Assembly: GCA_963924565.1 (NCBI GenBank)
Contig: OZ004612.1
Span: 23,250,001-23,314,000, forward strand
From: Ascidiella aspersa
Lineage: Eukaryota
Length of the DNA: 64,000 bases
Reading direction: 5' to 3'
In this document: piece by piece, positions 37,465-48,835 of the stretch
Numbering within the stretch: position 1 is the stretch's first letter
Layout: every line of letters starts with the position of its first letter
Program-made: the position numbers and the translations under genes
Notes under the pieces: generated by a model
Databases searched by the model: none
The model's input: the letters and a program-made list of their open reading frames with translations, nothing else
What the model was told of the DNA's origin: nothing

Positions 37465-39710
37465 ATAACAACACACCAGCAAAGAGCCTGGAATGTCTTT
37501 CTGGCCTACTATCGTTTCGTCCCACTTCGACGGCGGGTTTACGAGAGTCCAGCTACAGAGCCCTGATGTTTGGTCGTTCAACAAGTAGTCACCGGTGCCG
37601 CTGGCTGACAAACAGAGCGGACTCACCACTGGCAATAATTAACTCGCAGGCAACGTGGGAATAATTAGGTGCCGATAAATCCTTGTTAGGTTATGCGCCG
37701 CGCCGCGGACCAATTTATTTCCTGCGTTCCCGGCAAGTGTTTTAATCTGTGCGTGTATCCGTACACTCTGTATGCATAATTGGTAAACACATTCTGCCAA
37801 CACATCACGCGGCTTTGATTTATCAAAAATGCTTGACACTAAACAAATTTTAATAGAACAACACGTGGTTGACCGTATTTCTATGTAGACTCACGTTAAG
37901 TTACGAATACATTGATGAGTAAATTGTGATCACCACTGTACCTTCGCCAGGTTGTCTATAAAAACGATGTTATTATTTGTAAATCCTAAACACGTTTTGT
38001 TCTGATGTTGCATTCCGACAATTTTAACAAATGTTTAAACACCCTGATTATAACGTTTTTTTATGAATCACATCAGGTTATATCTACGATTGATTTCACC
38101 ATATATGCACGATGCGGAACACTAATCATGATTTTCTTTCTACAAACCGGAATTATTTGTTTTCTATTTACTAATATTAAATGATCAAGTGGCAAACACA
38201 CATTGCATCAGGATTTTTTTTAATTTGTAATCACATATTAAGTGTAATATAAAGTGAACATAACATTGTACATAGAAAAACATCCAACCGTAATATGCTT
38301 GTTGTTGAAAATATATAAATGTTCGGAAAACATTGGTCCTTTTTAGATGTCGATACTGCCCACCTTGCCTCACGCGCGAAATGTCATTCCTCAAAGTGTA
38401 ACAGCGGCTGCTAGCGGATTTTCGTAAAAAAATACGGTCTTTTAAATATTATTGTAAAACCCAAACAACGGAGGTTGGCCTGGTAGCTGAAGTATATCAT
38501 GCATCGATACAACAGACTGTCGATATCCCCAATTCTCAGTGTTTACAAAGCATGTATATAAAAAAGCATGAAGTTACACACCGTCACGCTTTAACAGGGG
38601 CAATCGTTTGTTACCCATGAAACATTTTTTTGATATGTGTTCCGATTTGCCACAAAAATTTTAACATGCTCCACTGACAATTTGTATTTTGATTTGAGTA
38701 AGAATTGTTCTCACGTGAACTCAAATCTAGCAATATGTTACTTAAGTTCCTGTTGTACTTTCTTCTGTAGCAATCGGTTACTATTGATTTACAAACAGGG
38801 GTACTTTTCCTTGTGTTATACTTGGGATTTAATTCGACACTTATATTGTTGTTGTTGCACGTAAAACGATTAGATTGCTACATGATGCTTCTGTTTGTTT
38901 GTTATTTTGTAGAGGGTATTACACATTTGTCGAACCAGTTAAGCAATTTCAACAGTTTATATTTTCTATTAGTGAGTTGCAGTTCACTTTCTCTAATAAT
39001 AACTTTACTTGGGATACTAATGCGTGGATTGTGTTTTGACTTTAGTTTTTTAAAAGACTTGACATCTGGTGTTAGTCTATTTTACGAATAACTTGACTCA
39101 CAATAAAAAGGCCCGTGATTTCCGCTTTGTTATAATTCGTGACTGAAATGCAACGCTTGTTTGTTGATGTTATTTTGCCAATACACCAGCAGGTCTGAAT
39201 ATCATTACGACTTGAAAGCCGCCCACAAAGCAGAGGAATGTGTGTAGTCTAAAAAAGCATTCCGTCAAATTAAAATTCATATAAGAAGACGCTTTTAGGA
39301 TACTGTCCTTATAAAAGACAGTTTTCCATACAAGGCAAAATTAGGCTGAGAGGAGAAAAGTTTTGAAAAAAATTAACTTGAAATGAAACCAGAAAGGCGA
39401 CTCAGCATATATACTATTTTTGTCATTTGTTTAGGTGCGATATATCTGACAAAGGGGCTTATTTCTGAAGCCCCGATGGGCTATTGTTTATTTTGACTGA
39501 GCCGCGTCGCGAGTCTCGAATTCTAGCATTATATTTTCGATTTTGTTTTGAAGATAGGTTTTGAAATACCGTGATAACTACCGTAGAAAAATAGTGCAGG
39601 TAGCCTTTACTTCGGGATTGTGTCTTGAATTGTGGGTGGAGCGACAATGTAAATGCTCAAACTGAAAGCACATCATTTTGGGATTTGTTAGCAAGTTGTT
39701 AGCTAATATG

Positions 39711-40061
39711 CAGTGTTGCAATTGCATAGCTATACTGTACTTAAGTCAATGTTTCAAATGACTTAACTTGACAGGCAAATGACGTATAGGATGGGCTAAT
39801 TTTTAGTGTTTTAATTAAAAATATTTTTTGTAAATAAAAAATTAAGCTATAATTTAGATTAATTTTTTACTTAAAAAAATGCTTGCTGGTTTATCGTTTT
39901 TTTTGGGTTTGCGAAATATTTCTTAAATTGAGTGAATCGCTAATTTTAAAACTTAACATGAAATTGACTGGCAATGGAACTGGCTTGTAATTTACTGAAA
40001 TTGACTTGCTTTTGGACTTAGTCTCGGTCTTCAGTCATGTTAAAACTCTTTCACAACACTT
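39711..40061 (-). mobile_element. Degenerate AAGTC-family element (paralogue at 53247-53602)
   Basis: CAGTGTTGCAA...CACAACACT ends, GACTT motifs. Another decayed minus copy lies at ~38780-39100, with its paralogue at ~50530-52602. Confidence 0.6.
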
Positions 40062-40369
40062 ATAATTATATGTCTATTTCGCCGTACAAATTACTGCATC
40101 TCTTTGCTAAAAATTTGCTAGTTTTACGAGTGCCTGATCGGGAATTTAATGGAACACTGTTATCAAAGCAAATGTGTCAGGGCCATAAGAACTGGCAATC
40201 ACCCGGATTATAATTATGGTTATTAGGCAAATCGCGCATTCCTCACAATGAAAATAGCACCCGCTACGACCATGACCCTGTATAGTTGTTTGTATACCCA
40301 TTTAAAAAGATACGCCTTATTTCGATCCGTTTTGACTGTGATATACTTTATCAGTTTCAGCAGTTAAAC

Positions 40370-41913
40370 ATGTATAATGTTAAAGTGACAACTGTGTTAT
40401 GCATTGTATGTTCGATCTACTGTGCAACTAGTCGAGGCGACGACGAACTTTTGCTATGCAAACCTGCCTCATCTGTGTGGAAACCAAATTGCTCCAATTC
40501 AACGGTTGTAGCAAGACCGGGAAAGCAAGGGCCCAAAGGAGAAAAGGGCGCAGAAGGTTTAAAGGGGCCCATTGGGCCTTCGGGATCAGTAAATACAAGT
40601 GAAATCGAACAACAGAATCAAAAGATTCAGAGCATGACAGGTAAAACGTAAAGTGTGTTTGTTATTCAAATATAGTACTGAATAGGTAAAGCACTTTATC
40701 TGTGTTCAGAGCAAACTGGATACAAAGCAAGAGTTAACATGAAAAATGTATACAGCGTTTAGTTTTCCACTTAAATTCTTGGAAAGAGGTCGTGAGTTCG
40801 AACCTCACGGCCGATTAGTTATTATTGCTTGCCTTGCTTGCATGATTAAACGAACCATTCGGTAAGTCTGCTAATTGAATGGATTTGGTATTTAAGATTC
40901 TCTTCAATATGAAGTTGTTTTGTTGTTTATTACAAAAGCATGTAGCAAGCATTGGTGCCACGGTTCCATCTTGACTCTTGGCCCTTTGAACGTGTGTATA
41001 GTTCAGTTGGTAAAGCGACGTTCCTTGTATGACCGAAGGTCGTTCGAAACTCACCGCAGTCTAAACTTTTATAGCCTGCCTTGCATGCATCTATGATCGA
41101 CTAGTTGGTTTGTCTGTCGAAGGATTGAGGTGTACTACATTTGACATAGTCCCAATTTTCAGCTATAAGAGTGTCTGTTCCTTTTAGTGAAAATAAATTT
41201 TTAAGAAATAAAACAGCATGTTTACATAATGAAACAAACCTTAGCAGTGAAAATACCTTTAACGCCAATGTTTCTTTGTTAAGCTAAGCTCATGCGTTTT
41301 TTCCCTCATATGCAGTTGCTACGCTTTGTTGAAAGGTATGATTTTTGTCTTTCAGATCTTGTTATGGGAATGATATCTCGGCAATATCACGTCGATACCA
41401 CAACAAGGTCATGGGCGGCGGCAAGAGCTTACTGCAAGTCGATCGGAGCCGATTTGGTGACACACGGATTAAGAAACCCAGTTATTCGCAAGTCAGTTGA
41501 ATGTGTTTGGTACTTTAGGCCGTCGCACGTAATTGTCGCCTAAAATATCAGTTTCAACAATATATTATTACAATGTTTTTAAGGACTGTGAAGAAAAGAG
41601 TTTAGCTTCCTGATCATCACCATTGTTTGTGTTGAAACACAGGTATATCTTAGACAACTTGATCGACCCTTTGGGACCTTCGCAAAACTACTGGGTTGGA
41701 CTGACGGACTCCGCCCAAGAAGGGACTTGGGTGTGGATCGACGGGGTCGCGGTGACCCCCGAAAACAGCTTCTTTAATACAGGGGAACCCAATGAACTCG
41801 GAGGCAGTGATTGCGCCCAGCTTTACGGCTGGAACCACAAGTTGGACGACTACATTTGTACAGAACTTCGCCGCGTCATTTGCGAATGGAAGTGCCCTTG
41901 TGGGGGTGTTTAA
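40370..41913 (+). CDS. Secreted mini-collectin A (signal peptide, 8 Gly-X-Y triplets, neck, EPN C-type lectin domain), 225 aa
   Basis: join(40370..40640,41356..41491,41643..41913); GT-AG introns of phase 1 and 2; GKQGPKGEKGAEGLKGPIGPSGSV; WAAARAYC, YWVGLTD, WVWIDG, GEPN, DC, ICEW; TAA. A small additional neck exon cannot be excluded. Confidence 0.9.
40780..41145 (+). mobile_element. Two tandem tRNA-derived SINE copies in collectin A intron 1
   Basis: B box GAGTTCGAACC at 40795; second copy has an A-box-like TAGTTCAGTTGG and GTTCGAAAC; tails are shared (gc(c/t)tgccttgc.tgcat). Confidence 0.7.
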
Positions 41914-42540
41914 ACAACGTACAGCCGAGACCTGTATGATTACCATTTCTAACTTATAGTAAATCATCGTCAACGATTTTAAACGAACAGCACACAACAG
42001 CCAGATGCCCTTTGGCGTTTTCCCATCATTTTGTCCACATACATTTTTCAAATCGGTATTTATCTGAAGTCTTACCCTTAAGCAGAGCTTAAAGTCTATT
42101 ATTTGCCACGTAGCAACTGTGTGCAATTTTTTTCAGTTGTTGAACTACCTTTTCGCTGATTTGGAATTTCATTTTTTAAATTTCAAGACAATCCTTCATT
42201 TTTCATTTTCCCATTCATGCATACGCTGAAATGTATAGGTAAAGCGATTTGAGTTTTAAGCCTTCATAACAGTATACTATCCAGTTCGTTATCATCGTAT
42301 ACCTATTAAAACATTAAAAAATGGAAAGGTTTCGCCATTTGTCGCGTTCTGATAGAAACGGTATATAAGTTATTTTCTAAAAAAGAAAATTGCGTTTTCA
42401 GCTCCGAATGTTTTAAAAGAAAATCATAAACTAAATTTTTTCATGTTTGGTGTGAAAATCAAAAGAATAATTGGGACTCACAATCGCGCTCAACACAATT
42501 TCTTGTCATTTTTATTTTACAGGCAAGTATCGGTTAAATC

Positions 42541-42958
42541 CATGGTGGCTAACGTTTTTCAAGTCGCGAGAGAAAACAAACTCATAAAGGTACCTGATGC
42601 TGGCCGTTAAATTTTAACTGACAATTATGTTGTTAAAATTCGTAGTGTTTAAGCATTCTATTATAAAGACTTTTAAGTGTGTGCCTCGGTGCTTGAAATT
42701 GAAAATGGGTCAAACTAATTTTATGGAAAATTTAGGAAGGCGGCGAAAAAATTCGTTTACGCATGGTCACAATGAAAGATGAAATTAAATACATAAAGAT
42801 ACATGAACAAGAAATGTGCAAAGCGCAAAAAAATTACCTTTACGAATAGTTACAATGGCTAAAACATGAGAAACCGTCTCCTGCCCAGTTTGTAAAAGAG
42901 ATTGTTGGCCGGACGATTTACACAGCAGAGCTGTATCCGGCTCGCGGGCCGTAGTATA
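42541..42958. mobile_element. Old hAT MITE at the right boundary of duplication copy A
   Basis: Left end CATGGTGGCTAACGTTTTTC; right subterminal ccggctcgcgggccgtagt resembles the right end of the 43302-45820 hAT. Confidence 0.55.
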
Positions 42959-43581
42959 ACTAAACTTCTAAAAAATAAACCAAATTTAGGCGGAACAACT
43001 TGAAAAATTTATCTTTCAATGTTTAATTATCATAAGTTCTGCTGATTTGAACATGCTAATTTTGTAATTCGGTATCGTTTCACGAACGTTTTTGCCAAAA
43101 ATGTGGGTATCGCTATCGAAATACAATACCAAATATCAGACATCCCTAATCAAGAGTTAAAAAGCGTAATCACAACTTTGCGAACCTATATTTTGTAAAC
43201 GACAAAATTATCTGGCTTCTAAAAGTGTTCTCATTACTTTTTCGATTGGATCATGGGCTAACCTCGTAGACTCAAATTCTGCTAAACATATAGGTCTAGT
43301 GCAGGGGTGGGCATGCTTTTTGAACCACGGGCCAAATTGTTTTTTTATTTTTGATAAGCGGACCATGTGGCTAAATGAAAATACAATAGTGTTAAGCTAG
43401 AGTTCATTCGAAACATTATAGTTACAATATTTAACATGTTTCTGAAATTAAATGACACGATAAACAAAACACTGCAGTCTGAACAAAGTCATTAAGCAAT
43501 ATTTTTTGCTAAAGTATCGAAATTTGGGGTTAATTTGGTTGTTGCGATTGTCAGAACAGATTTTAGGTGTGAATCAGACAA

Positions 43582-45437
43582 CTAAGATCTATACTTAGAT
43601 TTGTTGAAATTCATCAGGCTGAAAGTCTGTTTACAAATGTATGTTGAGTCAAACAAAACCAACATTCTCTGCGCCATTTTTCGAATTTTTGGGAACCTGG
43701 CATCACTTAACGAAGAGTAGAAGTCATTCAGTTTCAGGGCTATGAACTTGTCTTTTAAAAGGTAGTCATTCTGAAGATCGATCAGTTCCAGTTGTAACTC
43801 TGGTCGTGCAGTCGTAGTAACTTGAGACAGGGGAGATAAGACGATTTTAAATGGTATTTTGAGTTTTTCAAAATCAAGAAATCTACGGCAGAATTCTTGG
43901 TGCAGATTATCCAGTAATTTGCTGTATTTATTCGCATGTTTAGGGGCTTCTTTCATCGTCGCTAGAGTAGGGAAATGCACAAAAGAATTGTTGAAAATCT
44001 GTTCTGAGAATAAAGTTAATTTAGATTTGAAAGCCTCAACATTTGTGTACATTTGGTGTGCGAAGAGATATTTTCCTTGCAGTCTTGTGTTCAACTCATT
44101 CATATGTGTTAATATGTCCACAGCAAAAGCAAAATCACATAGGGAAATGCACAAAAGAATTGTTGAAAATCTGTTCTGAGAATAAAGTTAATTTAGATTT
44201 GAAAGCCTCAACATTTGTGTACATTTAGTGGGCGAAGAGATATTTTCCTTGCAGTCTTGTGTTCAACTCATTCATATGTGTTAATATGTCCACAGCAAAA
44301 GCAAAATCACAAAGCCAATTTATGTCTTCTAGCTCAGGGAAGTCATCAGTTTTTCCGATTAAATTAAAAAATGAGCTAATGGCATCCTTCAGTTCCCAGA
44401 CACGTTTACATGCTTTCCCTAGACTTAACCAGCGAACATGAGAATGGTAAAGCAAGTCTTGATGGTCAGAATCTATTTCTTTAAGAAACTTTATAAATTG
44501 TCGATGGTGAAGTCCCTTTTATGTAATTGATCAGTGGCACCACTGCCTTCACTACATGATTAAGCTGCAATACATAGTGCCTCTTGGTGGATGATGCACT
44601 GTAAAAAAGTTATATCCATCCCAGGGCTTTCCTCTTCCATCCTATCTTTAAGTCTTTTCAGCAGTCCAATAATTTTTACCGTCAGATTTGGTGATCCATC
44701 TGTGGTGACATTTGTAAGTTTGCTTCAAGGTAGCTTCAGTCTGTCAATCACACCAGACACTTTGATAAAAAGGTCCTCTCCTCGTGTTTTCCCCTTTAGC
44801 GATTCCATGGCTAAGAGTTCTTCTATTATCTCAAAATTGGTATTAATCCCTCTGACAAAAAACAAAAGCTGGGCGGTGTCCTTAACGTCATTACTTTCGT
44901 CCAATGCCAAGGAATAAAATATAAATGAATCTGCTTTTCCTTTTAACTCTCTGGCTAAGTGCTCGTCAATTTGTTCTACACGGTTCTTCGTGATAAACTG
45001 ATTTGTTCGTATTTGCTTTTTGCATCTGGACACAAGATATCTGCTGTCTCTACCATGCACTGCTTAATAAACTCTCCATCAGAGAACGGCTTGCTTGCTT
45101 TTGCTATTCTAAAAGCCAGTAAAAAGCTTGCCTTGGTGATTGACTGATGAATGGCTCTTTGCTGGAAAAGAGTATTTTGTTAAATCCGAAAACTTGTTGT
45201 TAATCTTTGCGCAGTAGTTTCTCGTTGTTGAGTTGACTGGCCACTAAGATAGTTTGCGTGGTTGGTGTCAAATTGGCGCCGGATGTTGTATTCTTTTAAA
45301 ACAGCAACTTTATTTTGGCATATAAGACATACCGCGGTTGATCCGACTTCTGTAAAAAAATATTTTGCTGTCCATTCCTTTTTGAATGTTCTGCGCTCAC
45401 TATCCACTTTTCGCTTCTTTAATACACTCAGTGACAA
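43582..45437 (-). pseudogene. Disrupted hAT transposase
   Basis: Split over at least 4 ORFs by stops and frameshifts; the catalytic E of STYxCEQxFS reads K; the zinc-finger His reads Q (RRQF); 172-bp internal duplication. Confidence 0.92.
43968..44311. repeat. 172-bp near-perfect tandem duplication
   Basis: 43968-44139 versus 44140-44311; 2 mismatches seen. Confidence 0.95.
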
Positions 45438-45864
45438 TTTATCTAGTTATCAACAAGTTTAAAAACAAATCTTATTTAGCTTTCACACTGAAACTGTTAC
45501 GATACGTTAGCATAACTTGATTAATGTTATACTCACAAAGCTTCAAAAACTTTACTAAACGAGCTATCTTTAAATCTTTGAGTAGGCTAGCTCAGCAGAT
45601 TAATTTGTTATTAAACAAAGTTTCAACAATTGAACTGTGGCGTAACAATGAACCAAATTAACAATAAACCAAATCAACAATAAATGTTTTTTCTGTGGGG
45701 TTAATGGATACGGTAATCAAAAAATAGTAATGAACTGGTTTAAGCCAATTGTCAGACGGGCCAGATTATGCAACCCAGCGGGCCGGATTTGGCCCGCGGG
45801 CCGTAGTTTGCCCATGTCTGGTCTAGTGTATAGTTAAAGCATTTCTTACCCCCTTACCTAACGC

Positions 45865-46300
45865 GAGTGCTTCTTAAACTATTTTAGTTTTGTTCGCCCC
45901 GGCATCTATCTCCAAGTTTCATTTATCCTAGTCTCATGATATTATAAAACTATTTAATCAATAAATAACAGCACAAAATGACTTAGGTTGTTTCGATTTT
46001 TGTTAAGATCAACTCAAGTTTTACCATTGCAAATCGACAATTTCTCGAGTCTAAAGATATAAAGCTACAAAACACAGTCATCAAATTTTTGTACATAGCC
46101 TATACACTCAAGTGCAAACCAACTTTACTAATATAATGAGCACAAAAAAACACCAAAAAACAACAGTTTAGTAGTCAATTTACTGCAGAGCTATCATCCA
46201 TTTCTGACGGTTCACCCTTGTTCACCCCTTTTGGTTAGTTCACCCCTGCAAAAATTTTATTCAACTTGGGATGAACCATTCACCTGTTTAAGAAACACTG
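45865..46300. mobile_element. hAT MITE (TTCACCC family)
   Basis: TIR (G)AGTGCTTCTTAAAC / GTTTAAGAAACACTG; TSD cctaacgc/ccttacgc; same family as 55025-55268. Confidence 0.88.
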
Positions 46301-48320
46301 CCTTACGCGACTCTAAGTATTGTACCGCAAAACATGTGTGGTTTTGCGGTGGTACAAAAACTATGTTTTTCTACAGCCACAGAGCCTTTAAATGAATCAG
46401 CTCCAGAGTGACGTGCGGTGAGGTTCCTAGATGGTGAGGCGAAAATTTTTTCGAGTCACGTTTTTCTTTAACAATCACAAAAACGGTATCGTAATAATAA
46501 AAGTAAAAAAAGTTTGAACTCTTTTTGCTTAGCTTTTGGCATTGTATGAACTGCGTATCGAACACAAATAAATATGCTGGCAAACCGTTGTTTTAGCGCA
46601 AATACTCAAAAATTATTCAGAGAGCCAAAACAAAATGCTCAAAAAGTACAGTAGTAAAACCACATTAATATAGCAAACGTAATTATGACTACAACTTTTA
46701 TGACGTAACACTGCATGACATTTGATGGCTTGGCATGCCTGTGATCGACTGGTGTGGTACTACTCATAAAAGCTACAAAACAAATTATTATTAAGAGTGA
46801 AATATTTATAAAATTTTGGGTGGCCATGGCCACCCTGGCTACGCCTATGACAGCCACACATCCACTCCTTTTTTACCAATCTCTTTGAAAGTTTCGTGTT
46901 ATTTTTTTTGTCCAGTCGTCTGATGCAAAACTTTTAAATTTACAATAGGTCTGCCTTTATTTATGACTTCAACTTTAGAGCTTTACACTACATGGTCAAT
47001 GTACACGCACGGTGCGGGCATTCAAGCTCGACAAAGAAAGGTTTTATAGTGTGTCTGTCACAATTGAGGCATGCCTCAAAAGGCTCAAATCACAGCTAAA
47101 TCGTTCATAATGTTTTCCGAGAGAATTAGCGAAAGAAAAAGGCACGCATAATGCAGTGTTTGGCACTTTTGTAATCTGAAGAGAGGCACGGCTTGGCGTT
47201 TCCTCACTTTGCGTATTTCAATGATCTTGACCGCGTGAACGCTTGATAAGAATAACGCAACAGAAATAGAAGAAACTAAAATAAAGCACGCTTCAGGTAT
47301 AGAAACGTAAAATTTGCATATTTGTATACATGAGCTGTTTTTGGCAAGTATATTTAATTTAACAAAAACAAAAACACGCGCTCGGTCTGGAATCCAACTG
47401 ATTTAACCTATTAGTAAATGTTTTCACTTCCGCAAAAACCTTACGTAACCTGACTAGTTTGCAATATATGTGCGGATATGCCAATCTGATTTTTAATAGA
47501 TTGCAGTAATTTCGGTGTGTTGACTGTAATAATAATACAGGTGTAAAATAGGGTGAAAAATGATAGCAGTTTAAATTGTTTTAAATAAAAAGCAAAGGCA
47601 TAATCGGTTACGAACAGAGTTGCTATTAAGTTGGAATTTAGTTCTTACCGTGTAATAGCGCAGTTTTATTTTCTGCTAAAAGCAACCAATAATACAAACA
47701 ACAGTTGGTAAAACATTTAAGAGAGTCGGTAACATATTAACAACTAACTCGTTAGGGCAAAAAAGTTGATTTAATTGTAAAATATTCACTTGTGAATTTA
47801 TTTTAGTTTATATTAATGGCTTCAAGACTTAAACCATTGGTAATAAAGATTGTCAAATATATACAATTGTCAGAGAAGGGAATTTAGTTTTGGAGTGGGG
47901 ACATGAAATATTGTTTTGAGTGATGACGTCAAAACGTTAGCAAGACATTTTCAGAGATGATGTCATAAATTGAGCTCACTTGCTGACTTCGTTCCAAAAA
48001 GTATGTTGGTGAAATGGAGTCGAAATACATTTAGTGATAAAAGGTTTGATTTCTAATCAACCTTTTTTTTGAAAAATTGATTTCTTTTTAAATATACACC
48101 AAACATTTCAGTTAGGCACATTTCAATTGGGCCTTAATTGACACCCCAAAACTAGTTCACGGACCCCATTTTATCCCCTGCGCTAAGGGCATAGAATTGT
48201 TTCATTACCGTTTACCTAAAATAGGCAAAAATGTTTTGCAGCGGATATGGCCACGTGCTTCACAGGATCCGACCTCACGCGATGTACTGTTTTACTAGAT
48301 ACCCGATAAATTAATATATT

Positions 48321-48835
48321 ATGCAATTCTGCAAGTTGTTAGTTTCAGTTTTCTTATTTGGGCAAGTTTCTGGTACAACTTGGCATCGGTTAGAGGTTAG
48401 ACAACTTTGAGTATTACCTAAGTCCCAACTTTGCAACGAACTACACTGGAGTATTAACTGCCTGCACCGTAATAGGTGCAACTCTGGCCAAAGTCGATTC
48501 GGGGAAAATTCAACAATTTCTACAATATTTATTAGGTTTGCTGACTTTTTATCTAGTTTAGGCGCATATAATATCTAAATTAAACATAGCGCTGCTGTTT
48601 GCAGTGCCATATCATTGCTTCTTTATCGGCTTGAAGTTTGACAGATCTAGCAATGTCTTCCAATGGCTGGACGGTTCCCATGTGACCGTGTCCCAGTGGT
48701 TTCGAGGGCAACCGAATGATCATTTTGGTACCGACGATTGTGTGAGTATGGGCTGGAAACACTCCTACAGTTTGCTGTGGTTCGACATTAGCTGTGAAAT
48801 TGACTCAGCGGGATACATATGCCAGAAACTTAAAG
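48321..48835 (+). pseudogene. C-type lectin domain gene, frameshifted (pseudogene or null allele)
   Basis: Exons 48321..48535 and 48605..48835. Signal peptide MQFCKLLVSVFLFGQVSG. A 7-bp duplication at 48388-48401 gives TGA at 48408. Removing it restores TWHRLDNFEYYLS...ACTVIGATLAKVDS, splicing in phase to FFIGL..FQWLDGS..QWFRGQPND..DDCV..WFDISC..GYICQ, then gtaag. Downstream exons not identified. Confidence 0.85.

Larger units (their letters stand above)
38080..42892 (+). repeat. Segmental duplication, copy A (collectin unit)
   Basis: Colinear similarity with 49910-57205 across upstream region, exons, introns and downstream flank. Confidence 0.93.
43302..45820 (-). mobile_element. hAT DNA transposon, Buster/SPIN (GTF2IRD2-like) type, inactive
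   Basis: Perfect TSD gtctagtg (43294-43301, 45821-45828); TIRs CAGGGGTGGGCATGCT / CAGACATGGGCAAACT; transposase fragments KRKVDSERRTFKKEW..CLIC, SLALDES, VTTDG, CIIHQE, VRWLS, STYICKQTFS. Confidence 0.95.

Noticed and set aside
41890-41913. C-terminal CGGV/CGGA as a CaaX prenylation signal
   Set aside because: The proteins have signal peptides, so they would not meet cytosolic prenyltransferases, and GG is a poor fit.
41650-42126. 158-aa minus ORF (and 55298-55597)
   Set aside because: Antisense shadows of the collectin CTLD exons.
46320-46357. Hairpin ttgtaccgcaaaac...gttttgcggtggtacaa
   Set aside because: Too short for a pre-miRNA and lies among TE debris; intrinsic terminators do not apply in this context.
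47064-47079. Perfect 16-bp palindrome TTGAGGCATGCCTCAA containing a p53-type half site
   Set aside because: Single half site, no second copy and no supporting context.
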